Below the pieces are notes generated by a model, which was given only the letters and a program-made list of their open reading frames with translations, had not been told where the DNA came from and did not search any database. A stretch of DNA of 63,828 nucleotides, counting the filler, from Klebsormidium nitens (lineage: Eukaryota; Plantae; Klebsormidiophyceae), in the NCBI GenBank assembly GCA_000708835.1. It is 3 parts of 3 records of this genome, joined end to end, with 100 filler letters (N's around TTAATTAATTAA, not from the genome) between each part and the next. Parts side by side here need not be neighbours in the genome. Positions count along the whole stretch, not along the records: positions 1 to 31,541 come from DF237757.1; 2 more parts are not named here. The stretch is one strand, 5' to 3'. Position 1 is the stretch's first letter; the number at the start of each line of letters is the position of its first letter. Made by a program: the position numbers and the translations under genes. This document shows, piece by piece, positions 12,901 through 26,236 of this stretch.

Positions 12901-13322
12901 CCAGGAGCTTTTTAAGTGCTGCGAGCGGAGCAAAACAATTGCTGTGGATAAGAACGGTCTGCTAATCTGCAAGAGTGCCTCGTTCTGCAGACTGCCGGGC
13001 CACAGTGCACACTGTACGTGCCGGGGCCAATTTTGAAGCACGGCGAAAACGAATTGGTGAGTCAACCGTCCTTGCTCTCATGGCCAAACTCCTTGCATGG
13101 GTCGGAGATTTAGAACACCTATCTTTTCTCTTTGCACCTGCTGCAATTCGTGGTCTGCTTTGACATGGAAACAGTGATACTTCAATGCCCCGTGATTGGA
13201 TGCAGGTTCTTTTGGAGCTGGATGCATCTCCTGCGAGCCACGAAGTTGTCTTCGTGAAGCAACCCACCTACTCGTGTACTGGAAGCAAGGCGCCTTTCGC
13301 AGAGCGCGCACCAGAAATTTAG
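6973..13322 (+). CDS. Glycoside hydrolase family 35 beta-galactosidase (GLB1/BGAL17-like), secreted or vacuolar, about 18 exons
   Basis: Signal-peptide exon [19 protein letters not shown]. Motifs across exons: [12 protein letters not shown]|[30 protein letters not shown]|[19 protein letters not shown]|VENEYG (acid/base Glu), [16 protein letters not shown] (nucleophile Glu), [15 protein letters not shown]|[44 protein letters not shown]|[15 protein letters not shown]. Stop TAG at 13320-13322. Confidence 0.95.
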
Positions 13323-14197
13323 CCGGCGAGCGCCCTGAAATTATGGGGCCGTCAAAGTGACATCTGAAAAACTCTTGACTTACTGTTGTTGCTGCGCATG
13401 TATCATACCATGTTGAGGTGATTTTTGGATCCTGAACTATGAAACCAAGGATACCGCCAACGGTTTCAAAAAGACAATGCAGGCCGGCCTTCATGCATCC
13501 ACTGAACGAATTTACGAAGCCCTGGAGCTCTTTCCTTGTGTAAGCTTAGTAGGTGCTTGCTAGTGCAGGGTTGCATGCGCCCCACCAGGGTACATGCTCA
13601 ACTATCATTACCTCCTTAATATATGATGTTTGTTTTCATCAAACAACAAGCCTCATCAAAACTGCCATATGTTGTACGTGCTTATTAACTAGGTGCGGTC
13701 ACCTTCTTCAATTGTTGCTAGATGTAACGACGGGCCTGTTCGGGCCACTGTCGGATGCGGCATATATACCATGTCCTCCACTGATGGTCAATCCGCACGA
13801 CTTCAAGAGCAACTCTTGAGATTGTACGCTGCCCGCCTCACTTGCCACTTTTGAGCAAACCAAGTCAAACGCTATGGGAACAGCAACAAGCATATACGAT
13901 GGCCCATGAATCCAAAAGCTGTGCAGTTCGATGAGTTCCAAGTATGCTAGCACCTATACTTTATGTACCTCGCTTAGATGAGCTCTTTGCTGATCGGACG
14001 TCCCACCAAAGGCGGCTCTAGCAAAAACTGTGCTCGACAAACCAGTTCACTTCTTGTGAGAGTTGCTACTCTAAACTACTGAACGGTAGCAGCGTCTAGT
14101 GTCATGAAGAACCATATGCGTTCCGTGATTATCCCGTCGATGGATCAGTATGCATCCCGTCAGCAAACTTGGCAGTATAACTTACTAGCATACGTGT

Positions 14198-17100
14198 CTA
14201 CTTTCCCTTCCTCTTCTGCACCCCTCCTTGCGCAGTCTTTCTCGAAACGGGCTTGGGTCGGTTGATGGTATCTTTGCATTTGGGTATGTGGCGTTCCGCC
14301 ACCTGAGGGGCGAACCTCCGGCTACAGTGGGGGCATGGTACATAGTCAAGATTCTCTGCATCGAACGGAAAACACGTCAGCCCTGATGCAGATTCCCCGT
14401 GCTTCCACAAGAGTTCGTACTTGAGCAACTCGAAGGCCCTCTAAATGCAAGCCCAAAGAGCAACTACTCAACCAACAGTGGAAGCACGCCCTGCAGGCGG
14501 CATCCCAGCCATCCCGGCCGCGTCCATCCTTTCTCAGACCCTCAAGGTCCTAAATGCTCAGGCTCGGCGGTGGTAGGAGCCAGATCACCGGACTTGCCAA
14601 TCAAAGGGCCCCTTGCTGGATCGCATGTAACCCACCTGAGGGTGGCGGTGGGGGCAAGCTCGCAAGATCGACCCCCTTAGCTTTCGCCTGTGAATACCTG
14701 CGCATGCATCATACCTTCGGATGTGAGCACACTCGTAGATGGCTTCTTCTGTCAGCATTCATAGGCCTTTCGGGGGGCCTGAGCACATTAGCAGCGGGAG
14801 CGCATACCCGAAACGGCAGAGGACGGAAGAAACATTCGAAAGCTTACTCCTTCAACACCTGCACGACCCAGTCCAAGCGAGCAGGGACGCCCTCAGGACA
14901 CACGATGTTTGAACCGTCTAGCTTCAGACCGCCCCAATCTTGGTCAGACAGAAATGTACTTCAAGCCCTTCGACATCCCTCAGCGCACAGGGCCAATAAG
15001 GGTCTGCACTTGGCAGGCCCTGCCATGGCAACGTGTCTGTGTTGACGGAAATCTCAATCGACAACACAGCCTACTCATCGTGTCGGACTTGCCAGTCTCA
15101 TGAGCTGCTTGTGATCAAGATGAGCTCTCGGTTCGTCATCTGCACTCACTGTCGTGACGCCTGGATGGCGGCCTGCAGTTGCTGGCTCTGCTGCTTCCAC
15201 GCCGGCACTTTGGTCAGGGGCCGCGACTCCGCATTCCGCGTCCCCTGCGCCCAGCTCGCATCCGCGCGCCCGTGGCTGCTGCTCGCACCGCCCTTGGCCC
15301 CCCGCCCTGCGCACCCGCCACCGAGCTTTCCAATCAGACCTCTCCAAACGGGCAATCGGCCAGGATTACCAGCGCATCCTGCCCCTTCCTATCGCTCAGC
15401 AACCATGCACCCCTTCAGTCGACCGCAATATTGGGTTGTACATAGAACCAGCTCATCTTGCTGAAGTGGTACAGTCAACCAGGCAAGTAGCAGAGAAGGA
15501 TGCCGTCACGACAGGCTGCTTTGTCAAGGACTCGTGACGCAGCAGGAAAAGAACAAGTCGCCCTCACCGGGCCCCTGCTGCTGCACGAACTTGGCTGCAT
15601 CGGTGCCCTCCAAACGGTGCGCTGCCACGTTGAACGCTTTGCGCTTCTGACCAAACACCTTTCTGCACCCACACAAATCCTCTTCGTCAGCATCGCACCC
15701 ATTCCTCCAATCTGCTATTTGTTGAGCTACGGTTCCTCATGCCATATCTGCACGTCTGCTGAACCCAAGAGAGTCAAAGCGGGCCATGTAAACGGCAGGC
15801 CCCCTGCCAGCGCCCTCACCTGCAGATCTTGGCGTGCTTTGCAAGGGCCGCCTCTGAGAAGTTGCGCTTGCAGTCGGGGCACGGCCGGGTGCTCACGTCC
15901 CCCTCATCCGGCAGCTCGTTCCTGCACGCATAGAGACACATGCTGAGATCACCACGGAATCACTAGAAACATCGGCACGTCCACAAGGGACTTCAACCTA
16001 ATCCTGCTTGGACTTGCAAAATCCATGCTTGGCATTCTGTTCTTGTCCCGCTCGCCATTCTAGATCGACAGAATCCGACTGCCAGACTTCAAGCAGATTA
16101 CTGTAGACTGATGGCGACTGATGGCTTTGGCACTCTCAGGAATATCTGCTTTAGTATTACCAGAAATGCACAGACGTTTCCGACTTTGTCTGAGCGTAAC
16201 AACCACCGGCTGCAAGTTCAGGGGCCTCAGTCCTCACTCTGGCGCTTGCCACTCAGGAGGTGGCTGCACGTCGTGGCCCCCTCGAGTTGAGCGCTCCCCC
16301 TCACTGGGGCTTCCCCCATTGGCAGCAGCTCCGCCGTCTTTCTTTTTGCGGGGGGCCAGAGCGCGCGCCAGCTTGCTCCCCAGGCTCAGCCGCCCGCTTC
16401 CCCCGTCCGCTCTTGACACTTCTCCCTGATCTTCGTCTCGATCTCCCGCCGCCCAACTAGGTGACACTGCCGGTCTCGGTTGGGCCCTTGCGCCCAAACC
16501 CTGGTTCTGGCCCTGGGTGGGGGAAAGAGCCGCCCGCTGGGGGGGTGGCTGCACAGCAACCGGGGGCGGGCTTTCCTGGTAAGGGGCGGCAACGGCAGGC
16601 TTGGGCTTGGAGAGGCGCAGCTTTGCCTTGAGCAGCGACAGCGCCGTTTTGGCTGGAGAGGGTTTCTTCTCCACAATGGCTAGCCGTGCCGGGGCTGGAG
16701 CCTGGTTCTCCGTGTCGTCCTCAGGGGTAAGCACTGTGGTAGCCTCCGTTTCTTGCTCCAAGGGGGGTGGTGTCTCCTCCGAGTCTGTCACCTTGTGGGG
16801 GGGCGAGGACAACGAGGGGCGCTTCTTGAGTTTTCTAAGGGAGGGGCTGCGGAATGGGGGGAGGGCCTGAGCGAACGACGAGCTATTTGGGGAGGGCTTC
16901 GCCTCAACGACCTTTGGGGGTTCTTCCGTGACCTCCTTTGGGGGGGTGGCAGGCGCAGTGAGGCTGCGACGCATCAACGGCTTCAGGTAGTTTGGGCCTT
17001 CAGTAGTTGACGGGGTAACTGTAGGGGGAAGATGAAAAATAGCAGCTGAGACCATGGAACATGTTCGTTGTCAGTGTAGGAAACACTGACAACAAAGCCG

Positions 17101-17868
17101 GTTTGTGCAAAACCGGCTTTGTTCAGCTCAACCTTCAGATAATGTTGCTTTTGCCCGTCAAGTCTTCCTCGCAAGAGCAGGTAAGATGAAAGAAGTCAAG
17201 CGTAGGATGCGAAGCTGACCTGTGGTCAAATTTTCAGCTGAAGCCTCGACAGACTGCCTGGGGGTCTCAGGAGCGAAGCTGTAGTCCACAGGCGGGTGCT
17301 TGGTGGGAATGGGCACTGCAGCAAAAGAGAAGGAACAACAGTGAAGGGGAGCTCCAGATTCATAGAGAAGGTCGCAGAAATAAGTGCCCAGCCCGCTGGA
17401 AGCACGGAAAGTGCTAGCTTTTGGAGCACTCCCTAACACTGAGGTGATAAGGGGTACACCATCTCTTGTCCAGTGCTTCAGCATCCTCCTTCCTTCTCCA
17501 CTTTCAGCTCTCCCTTTTCAGCGAGTACAGGCTACAGAACTAAGCAAGGCACATATTGAGAGATCTGGTAAATCACAAATGGAAGCACGACAGAGCAGTG
17601 CAGAAATGAACAGCTCAGCTGCCTCTACAATCGGAAGGTGCCTCCTCTGCAAAAGTGTTCTCTTGAGCTCCGACAAAGGGACCAGTTGAAAAAGTGACAG
17701 TGCACCTGCTCCCCTGTCGCTCTCCCGTTTCTCCTGCTCTTTCTTCCTCTGTTCCCGCAGCGCCGCGGCGGCCTCGACTTTTTCCTTGCGCCGAGTAGCA
17801 TATGCAGTGGGGTCGAAAACCTCCGTAGACCGCCTGCGAGCGGCCACCGGCCCGTTCGACGAGGCCAT
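14198..17868 (-). CDS. C2HC zinc-finger protein (ZC2HC1/FAM164-like, two zf-C2HC_2-type fingers) with a long Pro-rich N-terminal region
   Basis: Phase-compatible exons: MASSNGPVAARRRSTEVFDPTAYATRRKEKVEAAA (ATG 17868); Pro-rich open frame ~17018-16238; ENELPDEGDVSTRPCPDCKRNFSEAALAKHAKICR|KVFGQKRKAFNVAAHRLEGT; KVPAWKQQSQQLQAAIQASRQ|YSQAKAKGVDLASLPPPPPS|ENLDYVPCPHCSRRFAPQVAERHIPKCKDTINRPKP. Linkage of the first exon to the rest is inferred. Confidence 0.8.
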
Positions 17869-18952
17869 GGACTCGACAACTCAACAAATGCCCCAAACTT
17901 TCACTCCTCTGTGTGCATCACTTACGGTACGAAGACAAGAAGGAAGTCGAAGGCACAGGCTAGCCTCAGAGGAGGCAAACACTGGGCGGAGCTCTCCTGA
18001 TAGAAGGAGGTGCAAGCTGTCTGCTTTCTATGTAGGTAGCCTAGACACATCTGGCCCTGACAGGGGCTCCAGCTAGCAGGCTCCTGCCAAGGCTGCCGCC
18101 ATTTTCGGCCGCCCTCCCGCGTCTTCTTCGAACAGAAGAAACTAGGATGATTCATGGAACACAACACCTATTAAAGTCTTGAACCTCTCAAGTCTTGTGT
18201 CTCCACAGAGGACCAATCAGTCATTTCCACGTCAGAAAGTGCTTCGTAGATTGACTCTCGGCACTTAGTGGATGACGACATACTCAGGACTACCTAGTAG
18301 GTACGGTACGGTACAGTACTAGGCACAGGTCAGTAGGTACCGTCCTGGAGGCTGAATAGGTATCTACCCAGTCTGCTGGCTGGACAGTGTGGAGTCCGGA
18401 CTGAGCAGTGAGTCCGCGAGGATCGCACTAGGTAGTCATGAGTGAGATACTGGAGTGTTCTCGGCCTTTGCAGGGCACGGGTATCCTGCTTTACTGTCGC
18501 CCCGGCCCCCGACTTGGGTACAGCTTGTGGCAAGCGACCACGAACGCGGTATCGGCGCCACCTGGTCGCCATGAAACTTTTTTACGGGTCATCACCTAGG
18601 ACGTACGGTTGTCACGAATGACGATCGCCTCACATGATGAAAATTGGTGCAATTGAAAGCCATTCGTGATGGAGTCGAAGAGCAGGGAGAGCTGACCATG
18701 CTGCACGAGCTGAGCGCCGCCGCCATTGCTAAGCATTTTCCTAACAGCATTTTCAGGTTCCTCAGCTGCCGAAGCAAGCCTTTCCGCAAGCCTCCCTGCT
18801 TTCCAAACTTCTCCAGAGCCCTGTTTATGTGCCCTTGTTCCCTCTGCATGCATCCCACACCTTCCCGGTTTTGGCGATCTCGGAGCCGCCACCTGGCGCT
18901 GCCCGAGTGGATGGTTTCCGCTCTGCGAAGGTAGCTCTAACTGGGATCAACC

Positions 18953-21900
18953 ATGGCAAAAGCGGAGGCGCAGCCGGGTTTGAAAACCCCGCTGCTGCCC
19001 CCCCGACCGCCTACCCCACCCGTTTCAAAGCCTACGCCCCCCGCTAAGCCTGTGTTCACGCTTCCCACCGCAACTGACCTAGCGGCGCGCAAGAAAGGGC
19101 TTGGGGCGCGTTCGTGGTTACGGCTAGACTGCCAGGGAAACAGCCAGCTGCTAGAGGCAGACAAGGTGAGCTCAGGCACCGCCCAGAATGAGAGAACTAA
19201 GGATGAGAAGAGAGTGATGCCTTTGCCAGCTGTTGGTCATGGTGTGGGGCGGGCGCCGCTAGTCCTGGCTGGCAAGTGGTGGCAGATGATGTTTCGAATT
19301 GCTCGCTCCGTTCGTAATGGTTGGTTTACAGAAAGTAGTGCTGTCAGGCCTTGCCACCCGAAGCATGGCAGAGCGGCCCATGTCGTCATTTGTAGCCGAC
19401 CTAGATCACAATCGGGGGATACTCCGTCGTTGAGCATCATGGGGAATCACAGACAAGTTAACTAGCCACACCATTCAGCCGCAATGACCCCTCCTCGTTG
19501 TTGCCAGCCAGTGCCCCTTCCTTTGAAAACGTTGCATATGGAATTCTGTTTGCAGTATGCCATCATGCGGCGGTGCGGCATCCCCGCACGTGATTTGCGC
19601 ATCCTGGACCCGTTGCTGGCGTACCCGTCCACCATCCTGGGGCGTGAGAAGGCAATCGTGGTCAATCTGGAGGCAATCAAGGCCATCATCACGGCTGATG
19701 AGGTGGGGCTATACTGTGAGACTCTTAGGTTGAAAGTCTTGTTACCTGCTTGATCGAATCAAAAGGGCCTTCAGAATGTCGAAGTTCATGTCTCTTTACC
19801 TTGAGGCTATGGACTCCTGATTGTCTGTCATGCAGAGGCCGGCTCCACTTTTTTGGCGGGCTGTAATGCACCGTCACAAGTTGGCAGCTGTCGGCTCCGT
19901 TTGTGTTGGTCACAACAACTCACGGAGTTGACTGTCTGCTTAGAGTGTGCAGGAATTCTGGTGGAAATGTCTGAGGGACAACCCAGTCACTACAAGCGGG
20001 GGCTCTGATCACGTAGATGTTCTTGTCACAGGTGCTGTTGTTGAACCCGACAGACCCAGCAGTGCTGACATACACAGAGGAGCTTCAACGACGACTACAA
20101 CCCCCCCTGGCTGCGGCCCCTCAAGAGCCCTGGCAGGAAGCACAGCCGCACCCCCCTCCCGCTGGAAACGCCGCTCTTGCCCTCAAAGGCCCCCCCCGGT
20201 TTGGCCACACACGGTCACGCAGCGAGACCGATCTTGGGAGCGTGTTTAGCTCGGAGAGTGCCGGGATGCGGGATAACAATGATCGGGGGCAGCCGTTCGA
20301 GTTCCGAGCGCTCGAGATGGCGCTCGAAATGGCCTGCTCGCAATTGCACCACCAGGTGGGTTGCAGCTTGCCCCCTGTCTAGCGTCAGGTTTCAGACCGG
20401 GCCTGCTGTTGTGGGTGTTTCTCGAGGCGACCGAAAAGGAGCCAGACAGTGTACTGCTGTGTTCATGAAACGTTCTGCCCACAACACCAGGAGGGGGGGA
20501 TTCATGACTGGGGGCTTATCATTACATGATGGTGGACCCTCGGACAATGTGTTTCGCTTGCTCCTGTTGTATATCAGCACTTCAGAACTAAGGGGTGAAA
20601 ATTGAGTATGGCAGAACATGAGAATTCTGCAAGCAGCAGTAGTCCGCATGGACACCTGTCCGCTAACAAGCAGCGATTGCCACGTACTTGCTCTTTGCAG
20701 AGGGGCTTAGTCAATCGTGGGGGCAATTCTGTTCTGTTTCACGTTTCAGCCTACTCTTTGGAAAGATGAAAGTGCAGATTCAAAAGAGGCTCAGGTCGTG
20801 AATGTTTTGTTCCTCACGCATTTATCTCTCTGGTGCAGTCGGAGGCGCTGGAAGCAGAGGCTTTTCCCGCGTTGGACGAGCTGACGTCCAAGATCAGCAC
20901 GCTCAACCTAGAGCGCGTTCGCCGATTGAAGAGCCGTCTCATGGCCCTCACTGTCCGCGTGCAAAAGGTACGCTTCCTATGCCCTCCTCTCAACGGGTAC
21001 GACTTCCTTTTGCTGACCCTCGCCAAATCTCGAAGGACCTGCAATGGTGCTCATCGGGTAGTGGCAGCTCCAACCTAAACGCAGTTCGACGTGGTCGCAA
21101 TGTTGACGTGGCCCCAATGTTGAAGTTGTTAGTCCTGTTACGGGGTACTTCTTATAGAATTTTGCAATGCAAGGAACGGCTCCAATGCTGACACATGGCA
21201 TTCGCCCAGATGCGGGACGAGATCGAGCAGCTGCTGGATGACGATGACGACATGGCGGAGATGTACCTCACTGAGAAGCGCCAGAAACTGGAACCCCCTC
21301 CCGAGTCGCCCCTCTCCGCTTACTCGACCCGCACAGGGGGCGCCCCTCACACGCCCTTTGGGTCCGCCTTCACGCGGCCCACCCTGGCGGACGCGTCCGA
21401 TGCCGAAGATGGCGAGTCCCCCCCCCACCTGTCCAGGCGGGACAGCAGGGCGAGCAGGTGCGCACACTGATGGGGCCCAATTTGCGAGTGAAGTCGAGAG
21501 TCTGCGAGTTTACAGGGGGTTGCGAGATTCCTTTTGTCTGATATGACATCCGGGGACTTTGAAAGCGGCGGGAGATTCACTAACAGGGCGGCACTTAGGG
21601 CACTCAATATAATAGCCGACTGTTTGCTCTGCAAGTGCTGGAAAGCCGTTAAGACGTGCTGACCCGCCTGCGCTGGACTTGATTGCCCTTTGTTGCTTTG
21701 AAGCGTCCTTCTCAAGTGGAAGCCTCACACAGTGCTTGGACATGACATGAAGGTCGAACGAAGGCTCTGCCAGCGCGAAATGTGATCACGTTGAAACAAG
21801 AACGGGTCTGTCCTAGTCGAAGTCATCGTCTTTGAACGCCGCTGCCGTCTCCTTTGGCTCCGCAAAGTGTTGGGACAGAGAGGCACGCCGAGGGGCAGCT

Positions 21901-24079
21901 CAAGTGCAAAAGTCGAGAGAACGCGAAGGGAGCGGTAGATGAAGACGGGGTTGAGTATGTTCGACTGCGTGAATCAAGCTTCTCGAGTGAACTCCGCTAC
22001 GAGGAATCGTGGAGACTCCAAAAAGGAAGGAGAGCCAATTGTAAACTCTTGAGTGGAACGATAAACCACGAGGCTGACGTGCGAGCCGCGGGTGGCGCTT
22101 GCAGGTACAGCAGCAGCACGGAGAGCGAGGACGTGGACGTGGAGGAGCTGGAGATGCTGCTGGAGGCCTACTTCGTGCAGACGGACGGCATCACCAACAA
22201 GCTCAACGCGGTCAGTGCGCGCGCCGTCGCGCAGCCTCGATCGAGGGGTCGGAAGCATCTCAGAAATTTTGCTCCTTGAGAGATTCCAATGAGAAGGGTT
22301 CTGCGTAGGTTTGGGGGTTGCCAGATCCTGTCCTGCAGACAGAAGGGCAGAAGCCACCGCGGGGACGCCGCAGGGGGTCGACGGTTGGAGAAATTGGTCA
22401 GAGGTGCAACTTATTGTTTTTGGTCGAATTCCGGATGTGATCGGACGAGTATACTGGCTTGGAAAGGGTTGGGTGAATGATCGAGCGTTGTTCAAGGATG
22501 TCGACGCCTTCGCAGGTTTTTGTTTTGATGCCAGTGCTGTCACCCCTGCTTGGAGATGGCCGTTATCTCCGGGCGCTGATGCAGCGCGTGAAGCCGAAGA
22601 GACACGGAGCAGTGCCCGAAGTAACGCAATTTTTGGCTCAATGCTGTTCTCACACCAGGGCCCTGAATTCTGCTAAAAGCAACCCGTTGTGTCGGGTCCC
22701 AAAATTTTCGCTTTTGAATCGTAAACCCTACTGGAGCGCTGACGTGGCGCGTGCTGTGCTTGCCGAAGACTCACATCGCCGAGACGGACCAGTATCCGAG
22801 GTGACGCCGCCTTCTTCTACATGCTGTTCGTACACCACGGCCCTCGTTTGACTGAAAGCGCCCCGCTGCGTCAGTGTGTCAGAACGCTGATGCGGCGGGT
22901 GCTGTGTTTGCTGCAGCTGAGAATCCACATCGACGACACGGGGCGATATCTGAAGCGACGCCGCCTTTCGCCTGGGGCTCCGTTTATTTGTAAAGTGCGC
23001 CTGGTCGCGCCGTTTCATCAGAGCGCTGACGTGGCGCGTGCTGTGCTTTGCTGCAGCTGATAAACCACATTAACGATAAGGGGCGAAATCCGAAGTGACG
23101 CCGATTTTCGCCTGGGCCTCGTATTTCTATATTGCGCCTCGTTGTTCCATTATGTCAGAGCCCTAACGCGGCGCGTGCTGTGCTTGCTGCAGCTGAAGAA
23201 GTACATCGACGACACGGGGCGATAATCGAAGTTACGCTGCCTTCGGCTTCTTGCTGTTTCTACACCGGGCCTCGATCTAAATGAAGCGTCCTGATGCGTC
23301 ACTCTGTCAGAGCGCTGACGTGGCGCGTGCTGTGCTTCGCTGCAGCTGAAGAACTACATTGACGACACGGAGGACTACATCAACCTGCAGCTGGACAATC
23401 ACCGCAACCAGCTGCTGCAGCTCGAGATCGTGCTCACCATCGCCACCTTCATCATGGCCATGTTCTCCGTCGTCGTGAGCGCTCTCACCCAGCTTTTCTT
23501 TCTTCGCCCTAGTTGTCCCCGTCGTCGTAAGCCCTCGAAGCTGTCCGTATCGCCCTAGTAGTCCGTTTGTGATTTGCATAATCAGGCAGGCAGCGGGGCT
23601 TCTTCGTGATGGGAACTCGATCTCTCTGGTTGGTCGAGGGACGTTAATTTTGGACGTTCCTTGGCGGTAAACGCTAGTTCTCTTTACGGGGCTTTGCGAA
23701 GCCGCTCCCTGAGAAGGATTACGGGCTTCACGCCTTTTTCGTCGGCTTTGTCAACTCTTGGCTTCCTTTGGTGCTCTTGGCTTTGCTGCAAACCTTTGAA
23801 CCTAAATTGATTAGCTGCAGTAGAGAGTCTTGTACTGCCGGTATTTCAGTGCGTGTGATAACGCAGTGTTCAGAGATGTTGTTTAAGGTGGGCTGCTCCT
23901 GAGTCAGGAATACTCTGTGCGTACAGGCGGGAGTGTTTGGCATGAATATTCCCATCGCCATCTTCCACGAGGACCATTCCTGGGCCTTCAAGTGGGTCAT
24001 CATCGGCTCGGGGGCCGGAGGACTCGCCGTTTTTGCCGCACTGATAGCGTGGATCAAGTACAATAACTTGATCAACTAG
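18953..24079 (+). CDS. MRS2: MRS2/MGT (CorA-family) magnesium transporter, 8 exons
   Basis: Exons: SWLRLD...EADK | [49 protein letters not shown] | VLLLN...[12 protein letters not shown] | [27 protein letters not shown] | [23 protein letters not shown] | [18 protein letters not shown] | (23346) [31 protein letters not shown] | AGVFGMNIP (GMN motif). Stop TAG at 24077-24079. Confidence 0.95.
22730..23370 (+). repeat. Tandem array of about five ~140-150-bp units, each ending in a copy of the MRS2 exon-7 branch point, 3' splice site and first ~25 exon bases
   Basis: Unit core: (T)CAGAGCGCTGACGTGGCGCGTGCTGTGCTT(T/C)GCTGCAG|CTGAAGAACTACATTGACGACACGG. AG acceptors end at 22916, 23056, 23192 and 23345 (the last is the true one). 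A fifth, upstream copy at ~22735-22775 has lost the AG. Confidence 0.9.
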
Positions 24080-26236
24080 ATACGGACCGCTGCATTGGCC
24101 GGAGCCGTTAGGTACTGCAGGTTTGGGGGGGTGGCAGCACGCGGCTTCTTCAGGGCCTGCCACATGGCAAAGCTGGCCCTGCGTTGATAGAGGAGTGTGG
24201 GGCGGGTAAGGAAGAGCGGCCTTAGGTTAGGGGGAACGTGTGTGTGTCGAGGGACGAGTTCACACGTAACAGGATTCGGGCCCCCTCAGTAACAGTCAAA
24301 TCATTCTGCCAACCATCTGAAGCTAGGTGTGCTAGCATCATTCTTTAATGGCGTAACCGACCGCTACTTTCAAGCTGTATTTGTACTTGAGCAAATTATT
24401 TGAATAGGTATGCAGAACTGAGATTGTAATTGTTTGTCCGCAAGTGGTGGTGCACGCGCAGTACTATCTGTCTTCGACTTCGTTAATGCACTCGGTAGAG
24501 CAGCGAATGCTCAGTTCCTAAAGTAGCCAATTGTGAAATCTCAAGAGCAGCCAATGAAGTGCTTGTCTGCAGAAGCCGTCACGAAATCTTTGATGTATGC
24601 GTGATTGCATGATGGAATATTCACTGCTGTTAAGCTAGCTCTCTAGCTGTAAATATGCATGGCGGCATTTAGGGATAGAGAATTAAGATCTGGAGGGTCG
24701 CTCAGTGCCGGCGCGCGGCTGCATATTCTGTCGCCAGATTTCACTCTGCAGGCAATTGGCCGGGCACATGACACAACCGCCCGCGGGTGCCGCCAACACT
24801 TGTACGTAGTTAACTTAGTCTGGTCCGTGGCAAAAAGGCTTATATATATGACACGCGCGGGCCCGCGGCACTTATTAACGTGCTTTGACTACACTATATA
24901 TATGCTGCCGTGCACAGCGCCGGCTGCCGCCACATGGTCACTTCTGTTCATACACGCTTAGGCCATCACGACTTATAAACTTGCATGGGGGATAATTCGA
25001 TCATGCGTGCAACTGGCTTGCACATGGTGCATATTTGTATGCCATACCGTAGTACTAATCCCATTTTTGCAGTTAAAGAATGCAGGTGGGACGGTGGCCA
25101 CTGCATGATCGACGCCATGCGGCCCTAGATGGTGCAGGTATATACACGATCGTCCGCGCTGTCACTGAACATACATCGATGAAAAAGGAATTACGTAGTT
25201 GAAACTGCATATGATAGTAGGCCACCTTCACAACGGCCCTTAGAATCTCGATGAAGTCTTGACACTGATGAGACGTTCCATGGAAAGATCATCAAACGAG
25301 CATCGAACCTCCGAAGAGTGACTTCTTCTGCCAATTACTACTTACATGGCTACTGGAGACCAACTATAACAGGCCCATAACAGGGTACTCAGTACAACGT
25401 CAACCGGATCAGTCCAACTCGACCACAGGGACAAGTCTCCCAATACCACACATTCGTAAACCAAAACAAGAGGTTGTGAGGGAACCATGTACGTCAAGCT
25501 AGGCAGGTTGCCCCCCAGCGGATTACAAAGTCTTCAAAGTCACTACTCTCTAGCACGTGACACACTTCATCTAACAGTAGTTTACAATCTGCTTGCATGG
25601 TACAGACTAAACGCGGGTTTCCGCAAACCCACGTGTGAGCCAGTTACTGCTAGACACCTATGCTATCTCGGCTATTCTGACTGGTGCGCGCCGGCATCAT
25701 TAGCACCGACGGCGCAGATCGCCCTTATTCCCCAGTGAGCTCCATCCTAACCGTAAAACGGGAGCCCACACACCCAACATATCTTTCCGAGCGGTCGCTT
25801 ATATGTTACCTCTCAGCGCCCGCTAGCTTGATAGCTTGCTTGCCCTCCTTACTAACTCGTCGGAGTTGTGGTGGTCCGGCCCTTCTAGAGGGTACGTGTC
25901 TCGAAGCAGTACACCTGGCAGCAGATGAAAGCGAAGTCGATATGAGCGACTGTTCCAAACCGCCGCAACAAAGTCCGATCGTGCCGGCGGCCGGATTCGC
26001 CTCCTTCCATGTTTACCAAACGGCTCCACGAGACGGGATCTTCGAAGCTCACGAGACATCCAGTCAACCACCAGATATCTAGATATCGTGTTCCAGCGTC
26101 TCGTTCAGCGTGCACAAGCGAAGCTTGAACTGGCACAGGCGAGCAGCAATCTTCGACGGGGATTAAATTGCAATGATGGATAGGTACAGTGGTAACACGC
26201 CATGGCGGTCGAGCTCACCTGACTTACGGTGCATGA

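Noticed and set aside
18280-18460. TAG/GTAC-rich patch (GGTAC x3) between the divergent C2HC and MRS2 genes
   Set aside because: Too short and unstructured to call. It may be a decayed repeat.
18644-18934. 96-aa ORF immediately upstream of MRS2
   Set aside because: It starts at a non-ATG codon, has no domain or splice support, and probably lies in 5' UTR or promoter sequence.
22730-23370. Repeat-spacer-like periodicity suggestive of a CRISPR array
   Set aside because: The spacers are homologous to each other and about 105 bp long. The repeat is a copy of a spliceosomal acceptor in a eukaryotic intron, and no cas genes are present.
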